This document shows, piece after piece, positions 1 to 13,850 of a DNA stretch of 64,000 bases; the first letter of the stretch is position 1; each line of letters begins with the position of its first letter. Location: the NCBI RefSeq assembly GCF_024521635.1, contig NW_026250421.1:372001-436000 (forward strand), given 5' to 3'. The notes beneath the pieces were generated by a model. It ran no database searches. It worked only from the letters and a program-made list of their open reading frames with translations, and was not told where the DNA came from. A program made the translations under genes and the position numbers. This DNA is from Tricharina praecox. Taxonomy: Eukaryota.

Positions 1-3000
1 CTATTTGGCTGTGAAAGGCTGTGAAAAGAAATCGGAGAGAGCACGGATTTTGGAACGCCTGCGTACATTCCAATTACGAACCGAACAGCGACACAAACGG
101 TTGAAGATGCAAGTCCAGAGACACCAAGTGGTTGCTACCAACGACGCCCGACTCCGACTGCGACTCCGACTCGCTAGGAGCCGTGACATGACCTATCACT
201 CGTGCCAGTGTTCGGATAAACTCTTGAGTTTTTTTTCCTTTGGTCCGGTGGAGGGTGTAGGAGCTGCCTACGTTGTACCCAGCCAGCCAACCAGTAGTCG
301 GAACTGTAGATGGGATGTGTAGGACGATAAGCTCCATAGGTAGAGGTTAAATCCGATTATGATAGAGCAAACGCCAATTGGGTACCACCATCCCTGGCGC
401 ATCTTGAAAGTCAATCCCGCCTCACTCGCGGCGACCGCATGTACACACTCTATGATGCGTATCCACGATTCGCCCGCTCCCGTACCGCAGTTGCGTATTC
501 GAAGTTCGAACTTTGGAGCTCCCAGTGACACGCCAGGCCCTTGCGTCGGACTAACTATTATCCGGGATATCCGGGAACCGGGAGGATACAGTGAGTCAGT
601 GACTCGTCCGTCGAGCTCGAGCCTTGTCCGCAATGTGCAGTGGGCTGTCAGAGTGCCCTGTGCACGCGAGTCTCGCAAACCGCAGCTTATACATCACACA
701 TCATGCTGGCCACGAATCATTGCTCACTCAGCAACAATGGCCGGTACAATGGCCGGTACATACAACTGCAAGTGACGACCTGGCCGGCCATACTGATACC
801 TAACCTTGGAGTTCCATGCTGTATGACTTACCAAGCAAGCAAGCACCGACCGGCAGCGTAGCCATGGCCGCAGCGTAGCCATGGCCGCAGCAAAGCAAGG
901 CAACGCCCGTCGCCTCGTCGCCTCCAAAACTCCAAGGCTCCACCAAACACCAAATCCCAAACCCCAAACACCAGAGTTGAGGCAAATACAGGAGGCGCAA
1001 GCCCGTCCCATGATCTATGATTCTGTGCATATCATTTCTCAAATTCTCAGCTGTGCTCGCCTCAACTCAACTCTGGAGTGCGCTGCCTTGTAACCAGGCG
1101 CAGTACCACCGGTACCGGTATCTATCCAGTGGAGGATCAACTCCCAGAGCCCAGACGAATGCGTCGCACAGGGGTTTCAGGTTCAGCCAGAGCAGAGCAG
1201 AACAGAGCAGACACATAGGGGGCTGTGGGTTTCCGATGTGCTGGATTGTTTGGAGGATTGGAATTTGGGGGAATACATATTGGTCCGTTAGAGAGGTTGT
1301 GTGACGAGAAACACTCAGTTGGTATGTATCACACTGCTGAGGTGCGAAGGGCAGATGGGCAGAAGGGAAGAAAGGAAGAAGGGGGGTGGGAGGGAAATCC
1401 ACCCACCTCAGCTCGTGGCCTCACCCACTCCCGGAGATCAGCCAGCCTCGGGGTGGTGGTAGTGGTGGTGGCGGAGACGAACAACTGACAGGACCCTGAG
1501 CCTGAGCCTGAGGGGCTCCCGGCTCCGTAGGGAAGATCATAGCAAGTAACCGGAAAAACATACCCGAACTCCCGCAAAGCGACGCAGGGCCCTCCCTCAT
1601 CCTTCCTCACCCGTTAGCCCTGCCCAGCTATGTACACTACATACAACATCCGAAACTCGACTTTCTGGGGCCCCATGAAATGTATCCGCAGGGCCGCGAT
1701 CGAATTGAGCCAGGGTCCAACACCGCACCGCACCATGCCATCATACCGTAGTTACCGAACGCAATCTTCACATCTCAGCCTCCGGCTGAATACATACAAA
1801 GAAAAAGACGTCAAAATGGGGTGAGTTCTTTTTCCTTTTTTTTAAAAAAGGTATTTGATTTCCTTTTTACCGCTGGGGGCGTTTATGTTTGCAAGGGTGG
1901 TGAGTGGTAGTGGTGAAGGATGCCCAGCAGCTCCGGTAAGAAACGCGTGTGTGGTAGGTATGTAGGTGTAAACAAGTACCCCGCATTCACTCCATTTTGC
2001 TTTTGGCGGTGAGCGATCAAACCATGGGCTGGCTGGCTGGCATCTGCAACCGTTTGTGGGGGGGGGGCAACAATTGCCGTTGAATAGGCGGCAATGTGTC
2101 GATGTTTTGTGAAGGGAGGAAGGAGGGAGTGAGCACTGAGGGCTGCAGGTGGAGAATGTGTGTCACTTTTCTTTTCCCTCACGAGGAAACGGATTGCTAC
2201 CCTTTTCCTTCCGAGGATCCTTTCTTCATACGGCCATGCTTCAGCCAGCTACGCTGACTAGCGACCTGCCTATATTGTTCGGCGAATTCATTTCGAACAC
2301 ATAGCAGCGGTTGCCAGTTGCCAGTTGCCAGTTGCCGTCGCCGTCGAAAATCTCACGATGTCTAGTACCTAGGTGGAGTACTATAGGCAGTCGTCAAGCG
2401 TATCGGATGGGGGTTGTCGGGGTGGACGGTCCGCGAGTCGAGCGAGTCGAACAGACAGGCTCCCGCAGCGGGAGGCGTTTTGGAGGCGGCAACCAACGAG
2501 ACGCTACGCACGAGTTTCTGATGATGGAAAGGAAAAGAAAAGAAAAGAAAAAAAACAATCCGTGCAAGAAGATGGTGCGCGTGATGTCTTTTGTGGGTTT
2601 TCCGTTTCGCGGTGTGTGCCCGGTTAGCAGGGTCCGCCGCTAAACAGGCCATCCATAGGCCTTGGCCCTTCCCTGTACCGTATGTGTGCGAGGAAATCCC
2701 AACGAACCCGCAGTGCGGAACCTAGAAGCGGTGGACTTCTCCACAGAAGCCCGCCGCCGCCGTTGGAGGCAATTCGAGGCGGTGCCGTCTGTATCGTGGG
2801 AAAAAATAGCACGCACATTTAGCGTCCAGACTCCAGACTCCAGAGCTTTCCGGAGCCCAGGGAAAGAGGAATGCACTCCACTTTCATCGTACATGCCTAC
2901 GGAGGGCAATTTGTTCACCGGCAAAGTCATATCAGGCAGAATATTCCATCGTCACGCCCATGCTGCTGTAGCCACGGTTAGAGTAGAGTATGTAAAGTAG

Positions 3001-4010
3001 TACCGTAGAGTAGGTGGTACCATAGAGTACGTACCGTGGAGCACATACACACATACGTGATGGCGGAGGGCAGGTAGGTAGGTCGGGAATAAAAACCCCG
3101 CCCATCTCCCATCCGTTCCCTTGCCCATCTGCTAGTATTTAGAGTGGTTTCAGCTGCAGGGTCCTCATTAGTGGGGCAGGGAGGGAGAGAGGGAGGAGGG
3201 GAGGTCATCAGCATAAGCATCATCATCTTTGGCGTCTTCTCTTGTCGGTCTGCGCTGCGCTGTACTGTGCTGTGTTGTGCTGTACTGCGCTGTGCTGTTT
3301 CTGCGGGATACCGTGCGTGTTGATCGGGAGAGAAGCACGATCGGATGCAGAGGAACAGCGGGCACGAGACGAATGGAAGGCTGGGACCGGGAAGAAAAGG
3401 GGGGGTGGGGAAGAAGAAGAAGGACAAGACGACGAAGCAGAAGAGCCCCCCCCACTTGACTAACTACTCTGGTTCTCGTGTCCCTGTTAAGCTCTAACTC
3501 TGTACGCACAAGTGCAAAGGAGGCCGACGCTAGCCGCTACCGGTCGGTCCGTCAACGACGGCGACGGCGGGTGTGGTGCAAGATTCACTTCTCGTTTCTG
3601 CACTGCTGCTGCTGCGCTGCTGCATCCTCTGCGCCCGAGCAGCACAGAGTCGAAGTCACACATGGCGGTGCGCACGCCCCCGACGGCTCAGCTGCGGAGG
3701 GAGCGGTCGGCGGGCAAGCACAGGAAGGATACGAGCACGTAGATACTGTACGCACATACCTGCTCCCCAGATGCTGGCGAATGCGATGGATGGATGGATG
3801 GATGGATGGATGGAAGGCTGGATGGAGGGATGGATTGATGGGTGGATGCACATTATTCGAATGGATTCGATTCCACGGCGGGTTCGTTCCACGGCAGATG
3901 GCCCGGCCCTTCTGTGCTTGCATGTGTATTGCGGGGTTCTAACCACATACCTTTCCGCGAAAGGCAAGACAACTGTCAGCTGCCACCGAGCCCGGAGAAG
4001 TGAGCACTGG

Positions 4011-4091
4011 GCAGAAGAAGCAGAAGAAGCAGAAGAAGCAGAAGAAGCAGAAGAAGCAGAAGAAGCAGAAGAAGCAGAAGAAGCAGAAGAA
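4011..4091. repeat. Perfect 9-bp tandem repeat (GCAGAAGAA)x9
   Basis: Directly visible. It generates spurious poly-EEA, KKQ, poly-L and SSA ORFs in several frames. Confidence 0.95.
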
Positions 4092-6792
4092 GACGACGAA
4101 GACGAAGAATAAGCAAACATTGGGGGACCAGGATAGCCAGCCGCTGTCGGTTGAAGCAGTGCACCCTCGCAGCTTCACGATGTGCCGAACCAATTGCTGA
4201 GACGGCCGGCCAGAAGTACCGATTCACCATCCAACATCTCGATCTCGGTTCTCGTGAGCGTTTGCACTGTGTACATGGAGACGATGGGGGTCGCCAGCCG
4301 AATAGCCCGAGGAGCGTCCTTTCAGATGCGCCCATTGGGACTAATAATGGCTGGCCAATTCGCGAGAGGGATGGCTGATGAGGTTGATGCCAGAAGAAGA
4401 GTTAGGGGAAGAGCTAGTGTTTTTTCTTTCTTTCTTTCTTTCTTCTTTTTCCTTATGATTTTTATTTGCATTGTAGAGTGTTCTATGGGCTCCAACTGAC
4501 TCTGACTCTGACTCCATAGTCTACGCGTTTTCGCTGTGGTGTCAACGTACTGCCAAAGGAATTCGTTAGTTTTTCGGGGAAGCACAGCGTGGAGGAGCAC
4601 AGCGTATGTCGAGCTGAATACAGCTGGTTCCCAGTCGATGCGGCGGTCGTGGTGGCGGTGATTGCTGTTCCCGTGGGGGATGGTCTTCTCTGGATTTGTT
4701 CCCACTACCGAATGGCGATATGTTGCAACTCGCGCCAACCTCCAAACTCACGAATTTTATGCCGAAACGGTTCAAGGGCCACCGGCGGCACCTAGAACCC
4801 AGATCGGTTCGAGTGAACGGGCGGGCCAGAGCAAAAACTCCGAGAGTAAATCTCGTATAAGGCAATAGATAAATATCTCGTATCCCCCCACTCTCTGGGC
4901 CTTTTGATATTTTTTCCCTTTCCTGCTTACAGTACCTATTCCCATCCACACTCACTCACTCCCTCGGATCCGTATTCAAGGTGCCACACAGTCGGACAGA
5001 CTCACCTCCATTCCACCACCACCACCACCCGTCCACTACTACCACTACCACCACCACCACCGCCTTCAGCACATCCACCACTCGTCTGTTGGCCTGTCAT
5101 TCGGAACCTGCGTCTAACGAGATAACCTTCCTCAAATCAGTCACTCACCAAACACCGCAGTGCGGCCGCCACCACTACCACCACCATCACACGGCCCGTC
5201 CCATATCATACATACCGATCATTTACGTGCCGCACCAATTATATATATAAACCTGCCCTTATATAGGAAACTTGCGGTTTATACATCGATACATCTGAGC
5301 AAGCATTTGAACTCGACTCGACCGAATCTTCTGGCCTTCATCCGACCCTGCAACTGAGTCGCTCGCTCGCAATCGCCTCCCGCACATTCCTTGCCTTGTG
5401 GCAACCATCAGGAAAGAGGAAAACCAGCCAATCACCGATAGGAGCCCAAGCGTCCTTTCTCTTTTTCTTTTTCTTTGCTTTTTTTTGCGACACGTCTCAT
5501 CAAACTGCGGCCATTCTCGACGGCGAACATCTCTCGAAACAGACGACGAACGAGCAGCTTCTCTCATTGGATTGATTGCTCTACTCCGCTCGAAGGCAAC
5601 AATATAATCGGGCTGTGAGGGCTGTTGCCAGGGTCATCTCAAGCGGAAACGCAGGGCACAGGGCACAGGGAAGCGAAACAGGAAATCCACTGGGGTCCTC
5701 CCCATACTGTCCATCATCCATATATTTACCCCCCATCACTTTCTTTCCGCTCTGGGAAACGGACCGACGGACAAGACAGACCGCAACAACGTCAACGTCG
5801 TAGATCCGCCTACCTGCCATTTCCCCCCCCAGACACTCGACTTCCTCAGGCTCCGCCGAGAGAAACCTACAAAAAGGTGACCGAGGTACTCGAAATCAGT
5901 TCGGTCTTGTTTCTCCGTTCCTTTTATTCTACTCCAAGCCGCATCCGCTGGTCACCCATCTCACAACCGACGCACTTGCTACCATCACTTCCACTCGCAC
6001 TCCACTCCCACTACTCTACCCTTACCGACATCGACCCACTCTCCCGGGCCCCCCCGCGTTTGAAGCAGTGCCGAAGCAAAGCATACATAGAGTGCCTGCA
6101 CGCCTTTCGCATTAAATAAATACTGCCTAGGACCGTCCTACAGACCTCCCCATTCCTCCTACCGGCTAGGGCTTGCATTGCTCCATCTATCCGGCCTACA
6201 TCGCCGCCTCGTCTCCGCCCCGCCACGCAGTTCAAAGACCGCGTCTGCGCTCACTGCAGCCCGATTTGAGCTCCCCACGCAGTCAATAAGAGATCCCTTT
6301 GAGCCCGCCTCAACTCCTGTGTCGCACAGAGCCTTCAACTTACGGCGCTCCCCACGCCGCATTTCGCTTCGCCCACATCCACTCATCCACTCGCATATTC
6401 TCTCTCACACACACCAAACTCACACAAAAAATAAATAAAATCTAACCCCCATTATACCCTCTCATTAGGCAATCCCACCGCTTCGAATTTCACCCGTAAC
6501 ACCTTAAAAAAAAAAAAACAGCTGCTCCGAAATCTTCGCTAGCCCCCCCCGTTGATCGCTGCGGTGTATGTCGCTCGGGTCTCGATCACGCAGACCGCTA
6601 CAGCCGCCACCATTTCGCTCCTACCCCCTTCCTACTTGTGCGCAACTTCTAGCTCCCTAGAAGGGAAACCGGACGCAATTTTTGCCCCCGTGGACGAGTT
6701 TGTTCGTGACCCGTTCCTTCGGCGGCATCAATTGCACCAACCCCCTCACCCCACCTCCCTCGTGGCTACCACAGACTACCTCCTCTCCCGAC

Positions 6793-6927
6793 ATGCAAAC
6801 CATGCGGAGGCATTACTGTCGAAGCTCCGCATCTCTCCGCTCTCTTTGTCAGGAACCACCATCAGCACGTCGTTTCCGATCTTCGACCACTCCGCTGTCG
6901 CTCAAGACGACGATACCTACCGTATGA
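6793..6927 (+). promoter_or_regulatory. Upstream ORF (44 aa) whose TGA stop overlaps the cyclin ATG (ATGA)
   Basis: ATGs at 6793 and 6802 are out of frame with the cyclin. That frame closes at TGA 6925-6927, overlapping ATG 6924. It matters only if the transcript starts upstream of 6793. Confidence 0.45.
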
Positions 6928-8079
6928 CGAGCCCTTTCGCATCACCTCCACCCCCTTACTCACCGGAACACCCGCACGTTATCCTCGATCACGAGAAACT
7001 GCCTTCCGTCATGGCCGACCTTCCTCCACAGTTGCCCAGCGACTCGCCCAAACCCAGAGGCATGCGAGGAAAAGACGGCGATATCTTCCACCTCGCGCCG
7101 TCCGCCGCGTTGACTCTGCTCGCACGATACACCGAACTGCTGGTCAGCATGACTGGTGATGTCCCACCGACGCCGCCGCCGAGCAACCCTACTACCCCTG
7201 GAAGCACAAGTCAGGAGCGACGCCATTCCGAGGGCGGATACTACTTTGGCTCCTCCGCCAGCAGTATCGTCGACGGCATTCGGATTAAATCGGTTTCTCC
7301 ATCGGAGACCGAAGGCGATGATATCCTAGGGGAGGGAAAAAGCATCATTCACCATGGAGGTGTGGATGACATGATGCACTATGGGACGATCGCACGGAAA
7401 TTTTGGTGCAAGACCGCGCCTCAGGTTCCCATCGAGGAATATCTCTTCAGGTATGTCACATCTCATCACATCATGATGCGTCTTCTCGCACAGCACTGCA
7501 ACCAAACCCCTCCAGGCCTTCCCCAGATTTTCTCTTTCTGGGTTTCCCATGTTTCTTTTGTTTTTTCTCCTAGTGGTGGTGTGGTGTCCCAACACAAATC
7601 TCCCCACCGCGCATATGCCGCCAAGCCCTCCTAGAAGCAACCCCCCCTTCGTTTTTTCGACTGGCCTCCAACTGACATGTGATGTTTCGTCCTGCAGGAT
7701 CCACCGCTTCTGTCCTCTCTCCACTGCCGTGTACCTCGCCGCGTCGTATTACCTGCACCGTCTCTCCGTTACCGACCGCATAATACCCCTAACGCGATTA
7801 AACGCCCATAGGCTAGTGCTGGCCGCGCTGCGAATAGCGGCAAAGACACTGGAGGATCTCAGCTACCCCCACAGTCGATTCGCCAAGGTTGGCGGTCTGA
7901 CGGATCTCGATCTCTCGCGGCTGGAAGTCAGCTTTTGCTTCCTGATGGACTTTGAGCTCAAGGTCGACCGTGCCATGTTGGAGAGCCATGTCGAAATATT
8001 GAGGAACAGTGTGGAGGCACAGGTGATGCTGGGGAAGGACGCACTGGTGCCTTCGCGGAGACATTCGGATCCTGCATGA
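6924..8079 (+). CDS. Pho85-associated cyclin, PHO80/PCL6-7-like (cyclin PHO80-like family), about 302 aa, 2 exons (6924-7450, 7698-8079)
   Basis: The intron has a GTATGT donor at 7451, a CTGAC branch site at 7672 and a CAG acceptor at 7697. Splicing gives KFWCKTAPQVPIEEYLFRIHRFCPLSTAVYLAASYYLHRL...NAHRLVLAALRIAAKTLEDLSYPHSRFAKVGGLTDLDLSRLEVSFCFLMDFEL, the typical PCL/PHO80 cyclin box. Confidence 0.92.
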
Positions 8080-10690
8080 TTTTTCGGCAGTTATTTCTTC
8101 GGCGATCATTTCATTTGTTGCTACCTACCACCCCCCTCCCGCAGTGTGCCTCCACCGCTAAACACCAACAGCGATATATCCATCCGCGGTGTCCATCCCA
8201 AGGCAGTGGATCCGTGTTGATCCCAGGATCGTTTTTGTTTCTATGTTACCGGGCCGGTCAGTCAGGCTCGGAGACATCATTTTCAAATATTGGCTGTTTT
8301 TTTCTTTCTCTTTTCTCTTCCACTCATCTCGGTTTAATGTGGGCGTTTTTTTCTCTCTTCTTTCTATTCGACATTTCTCTTCCGGTGCATCATGCATGTA
8401 TTGGGGGAATGGGTATTCATTTCCTTTTCGGTAAGATTTCCTTTGGGGTAGCGACTGCTGCATTCTGGGGCTGGGGGTTTTTTCACGTTGATTTTTTTAT
8501 TTTCATCATTTTTTCAACATTCTGCATGTATTGGACTTGGGGACTCTGGGAACTCGGGGAACTCTGGGCCTCGGAACCAATTCGATATCCCAGACAGACG
8601 GATGGGATGGGACGGGATGGATGATACCAATTGGGAATGTGAGTTGGAGGGTGAGGTGTATTATAGTTTCTCTTGTTTTTTTTTCTCCTGTGGGGACGCG
8701 GGGAAGGGGGAGAGAGATCGGCTTCATACATAGCGTACTCACCTACTTATCTAATGTGAGATGGCGGTGATGAGGCGATGGACTCGGAGCGATGGATTTC
8801 AATGGATTGGATATGCATTGGAACATTCAAATTGAACCCGCACTCGATTGATCCCGCACTCGATTGACTCGTCTCGACTGTTCATGTGACCACCCGCTGA
8901 TTGATTGTACCATACATAGGAGTGGGGTTGCTGCTGCTGCAGGTGAATGCAAATGCAGATGCTGGCGAACTGCTCTGCTCCATGTAGAGTACTCTATGGA
9001 CGGGGATGCTTTTCCGCCTGCTGTGCGGGCTTGTCTTGCTTGCTTGTCGTGCTTGTCTTGCTTGTATTGCTTGCGCCGTTCCTGCAGCCCGGATGGGATG
9101 AGGTTGGTGGGCGCACGGCGTACGGCGTACATACCGGTGGATGGTGGTTGGGCGGGTATAAGCGGGGGGGGGGACGTGGGGGTGAGTCAGCCGACCTACT
9201 CTACAGACCTACCTACAAACCTACAGACCTACCTACAGCGCGGCGGGCACGCAGACGAAAGGGGGGGGGGGGGGGAGGGAGGTGTGCATTGTGCAAACGA
9301 ATCTCATGATTCACAGTGCTGCTTTTGCTTTTGATTTTGCTATGTTTTCCTTTCCCTCCCTCCATCTCTCTTGCAGGCTTGCAGCTGCTGCGTTACTCTA
9401 GATACTCTACTAGTATCTAGTCGATGGGGATGTGGATGTAGATGTGGGGTGCATATGGCTTGGGGTTTGAGGCTTGGGACTTGAGGCTTGCCGCCGGCTC
9501 GAGGAGCTCTTTACGGACTCTTTGCTGACTTGGATGGGATGGGGATGGGGGGAAGGTGGATGCATGGATGTGGAGGTGGATGGACATGGATCGTGGGGAT
9601 TCCGTTTGTTTTTCGGGTTTTATTTCGGGGTGGGAACTGGGTGGGCACCGGGGAAGTCACCGTGGAAGACACCGGGAGTGTACATACATAGATGCGGTTC
9701 TGGGTGAGATTGTGTTTTGTGGGGTTTGTGCTCTGCTCTGTTCTGTGGGGTTAATGTTTGGTTGGATTGAGTTGGGCAGGTCTTGGCTTCTGGTGGATGG
9801 GGGCTTCCCGTTTCAGCTCGGGAGTGTCGAACGGCGGCGGCGACGGCGGCGGCGCGGGAGGATCTAGGCAGAGTACCGGTGGTTAGGGGCGACACACGGA
9901 CGGATATCTCAATCTCATTCACATCTGTGGGGGGTTGGGCAACTCAAGTGTGGGGTTAGCTTTCCGTCGCTGTTGCTGTTGCGATTGCGGTTGCGGTTGT
10001 GGTTGCGGTGGAGCAGATCGGAGATCGGGATCGGGCGGCGAGGCTCGAGCGGGCCGCCGGCGGCGTGGCGTGGCGTGGCGGCGTGGCGGTTGTGGGGGGC
10101 GGGGGGATGGGGGGCCGGTTGGCGGTGCGGTGCGGTCCGGTCATGTGCTGCGTCGTGATTATGTGCGTGTGCGTATCGAACGGGGGAAGTTCTACCGTGG
10201 AAGCCTGGAAGGAGGTCCACAGGAGGAAAGTGCACATGTGCCTACGTTGCAGCTCGGGCTTTGTTTTCTCCGAACAAGTTATGTACAAGGGCGGGAATGT
10301 GCGGTTCTTCACCGGTGGCTCGGCAGAGCAGCAGCATCCTGGATAGAATGAAGTAGGTAACGTGTTCTGGCAAAGTCGGTAAGTATTACTAAGTCGCTGA
10401 AGGAAATGAGCAGCCATTCTCGAATCTCGAGTTTCGAGGAAGCTGCCGATTGCAGGTGGTGGTGGTGGGGTGGGGGGAGCTGTTTAGATAGATAGCGGAA
10501 CTTCCCGCCTACGGAGCTTCACTGTCCAGGGATGCGCACTAGCGCGGGTCACCGAGGTGAGGTCGGTCGCAGTCGCAGTCGCAGTCGCAGTCATCACTTG
10601 TCAACGCCGAATCCCCCGCTCCATACGGAACGCGACACCACTCTCCCGCCCACGCACCCACCACTCCCTCCCTCCCTACCAACGCACGCA

Positions 10691-11047
10691 ATGGTCAAGA
10701 AACACAAGCGCAAGACGTCGCGGTCGAAAGCGCACAAACACACGCCGTCGAGCAGCGGCAGCGGCGGCGCGGCGGCCGTGCACGAAGTCGAGCGGATAGT
10801 CGCCTCGCGCGTCGACGAGGCCGGCACCGAGATGTTCCGGCTGCGATGGAAGGGCTGCGAAGCTGCAGATGATAGCTGGAGGACGAGAGAACAGCTTGAT
10901 GTCGGCGACTGTAAAGAGGCGCTGCAGGAGTTCCTGGATACGGGCGTACACGTGCTCAAGAAGGTCGGCTTCAAGGAGACGGCTACACTCAAGAGGGTCA
11001 ATGCTGCTGGCAACTCGATTGTGGAGGAGGTGGGGCTCAAGGGGTAA
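10691..11047 (+). CDS. Small stand-alone chromodomain protein (118 aa) with basic N-terminus
   Basis: HEVERIVASRVDEAGTEMFRLRWKGCEAADDSWRTREQLDVGDCKEALQEF matches the chromodomain pattern (xEVEkI...WKG...D.sW....L...C.e.l.eF). KKHKRK is a likely NLS. An in-frame upstream ATG at 10532 is an alternative start. Confidence 0.8.
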   Translation: MVKKHKRKTSRSKAHKHTPSSSGSGGAAAVHEVERIVASRVDEAGTEMFRLRWKGCEAADDSWRTREQLDVGDCKEALQEFLDTGVHVLKKVGFKETATLKRVNAAGNSIVEEVGLKG

Positions 11048-12849
11048 CGACGGTGGCGGCGGTGGGGGGAGGATGGATGATGGATGATGGGTGATACGTT
11101 GGGTCAAGTGAGATCAGATGGGGTAATGCGTTTCTGCTTGCTTGCTTGCTACATACCTACCGCGGCTAGTTTTGGGTTTGGTTTGGGTCTGAGTTTTTTC
11201 TTTCTTCGAAGGTCTGGTTTGGTTTGGGGGTTAGCTATGGCGAATGGGGGTTCCTGGGTTTTCTTTCGTTTGATTGTCTACTGCTAGATAGATGAATACA
11301 TAGACGGCGCGTGGCGTCGCTGCGTTGTGGGGTTCTGGCAATGCCCATTTTTACTCTAAGTGCTCGGATGCCCACCTTCTAAGGCCTTTTGGTGATGCAT
11401 GAGATAGACTGGATTGATGCAGGTACATTGTACAAGCTGAAGCTTGATGCGTCATCGACGCGGGGTGGTTCATTGAATCTCACTCGGTATTCCGTCCGGC
11501 TGTGCAATTAGGGTGCAATTGATAGCTACAAGCGGGTTGCTGCATCGAGCCGGTTATACAAGAAAACAGCTGCGATGGAGTGTGCAAATCATCCGCGTGA
11601 TAACTTCTGTACTCAAACTTCATTTCCGGAAGTCGTGCCTCGGATCTCTGTGGTCTTTCAGCCGCCGCTCTATCTGCAACTTGCTTGGATGGGGCCTGGA
11701 TCATTCTTCAACTCCGGCCAGGCCCAGAACTGTAAAAGGAGGGCCGGAACTCCGCAGTGTTCTCAGTACATAGTCCGACCAAAGATGGGCTGGCTGGGCT
11801 GGCGCGGCGCCCAAAGGCGCTTGGGCGGGAGGGCCAGGCGCTTCTGGGCTCGTGCCTACAATGGTTAGCCTTAGTAGCCTGCAAACAGTTGAGGATACAC
11901 AATATACAGTAGCAAAAAGTAGGGTGCGATTGATACGGGGTGAATACCGCAGTCATTTGAATACCGAAGAACCACCAGGTTTTTACTGACCAGGCAAAAT
12001 GTAGGCGGAGCCTTTGGCATGGGAATCCTCGGCAAACATACCTGGGAAACATTGGCCGCCATCAGGAATACCATGTGAACAAAGATAGGCTAGAAAAGCC
12101 ACGTTGTTGGTCTGTCAGTCAGGAACGCGGGCTAGGGAAGCGCAAGCGGCCGAAAAGCGGCCGCGGAGAACTTTTGACGATAGTTAGAGTGTAGGCGTAA
12201 GCTAGAGTAATGGAAAACCGGTGTTAAAAGCATTGGCGTCCTAACAAAAGGGTGTCAAGAACGTTGACGGCTCGATAGAATTGAACTGCGAAGTTGATGG
12301 GCTTGGATGGCTTGCACGGAGTCACTAGACCGCTGGTGGATGGATTTGACGGGGGACTGAATGAGCAGAGCTCTGGAGGATAGTCGGTTGTTCCGAAGGA
12401 CTCGATCAAGGTGTCCGACACAGCAGCGTCCTCTATGTGAATGTTCGAACGTTTGATCGCCGCCGCCGTTGTCTCGTGGTCGTCTTCGTGGTCGTCTTCG
12501 TGGTCGTCTTCGAGAATACAGCCCGCACTGGCTACAGATCGTTGTCCGGCTTGAGGGTGGGAAATTCTCTGCGGTGAATGTGGTGGGAGATGTCACCTTT
12601 CAGAAAAAAGGGGCTATGATTTGCTTGGAGAAAGTACAACCCAGGAGCTGCGCTGGAGTTTTCGATCGTAGGAGGCGCGGCATCCAAAGAAGTGACCGGA
12701 GGACAACGAGTTCGTTGGATGGTTCCGATCGGATTCCACCTCCGTAACGCGGTAACCAGTAACTACCGCCAGCTGACACTTCCCCCTCGGCCCAACTATC
12801 CTCTAACCGTACTGCCGTGGAACCAACTAGCAGCCGCCCCGTATGCACA

Positions 12850-13850
12850 AAGGCTTAAGGGCGGAACCAGTAGGTCAATCCTTTTGTTGTTTTTTTCTTT
12901 TCACGACAGCTGGCAAGAAATCTTGCAAACGCACATTATTAATATCGGCCCCGAGGGGGGCTGGGGTTCAGGAAAGAAGCAAAAGTTGAATGAGGGCTTT
13001 GGGAGAGTTATCGAGGGTGATGGTGATGATCATTTGTTGGCAGTTGGCTCTGGTGTCAGCTGCCATCACTCCCAGGACGAAAAGAAAGACGTGGAGGCCG
13101 TTCCTGCCCTGATTTATCGTTGTGCACAAGCGGCGTGATGCGATGCGCATGCAATAGGATAAAGTTTTGGGATCAATCAGTATCTGCCGTGGTGAAAAGC
13201 TCTGCGACCATGTGAAGCCGGATGGAATGGCCCCCCCTCCCCGTCCAAATCCTTTTACTTCAATCTTGCGGGGAATACGTTTCCATTACCCATCACCAAA
13301 TGATTGGAATGACGACATCTGTTTTCACTTAGGCGCCTGAGGGTTGACATGCGGGGAATCCACGACATTCGACAGTGACAGTTATTTTTACACATCGTAG
13401 AGCTGTGTACGTCGGAGGAGTCCCACGAAGTCTCTCCGTGCACCTTGTTGGCCGCGCGGTGTCGGCATCAGTGAAGCACCGACGAGCTTAGTTTTTGTTT
13501 TCAGAGTCCGCAAAAAGAACATGCGTGTTCGGAGGGGGTAGATGCCTGTCCGCTTGCCTTCGGTGGCGGGTGACACTGGATGTAGAGCATGCATCAACCA
13601 GAGTACTTCGGCGGCCGCAAAGCCTTCGGACCTACTCTACATGACTGGATGGGAGATCTACCCACGAAAAAACTCTTGTTTGACCACAGACTACAGTTCT
13701 CTGATCGTATTACATCTGATCACGAGGGTCCAAAGACCTTTTTGGCCGCCCGAGTGGATGGAAGTGGGGCACCACGACGAGGAGCTGGCCCGTGGGGCAC
13801 GCAGTGAGATTAGACTTCGGAGTACGATTCAGCATACGAGCTAAAGGACA
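12850..13850 (+). pseudogene. Possible decayed protein-coding gene
   Basis: Protein-like fragments (VPALIYRCAQ; K*LE*RHLFSLRRLRVDMRGIHDIRQ*QLFLHIVELC; RPFWPPEWMEV) are broken by TGA stops at positions where Trp (TGG) would fit. Family not identified. Confidence 0.25.

Noticed and set aside
3478..4335. Cluster of overlapping ORFs with EEA, KKQ, poly-L and MDGW repeats
   Set aside because: They arise from stop-free microsatellites and show no domain or splice support.
9915..10417. GC-rich overlapping ORFs upstream of the chromodomain gene
   Set aside because: Low-complexity repeats keep several frames open and there is no coherent product.
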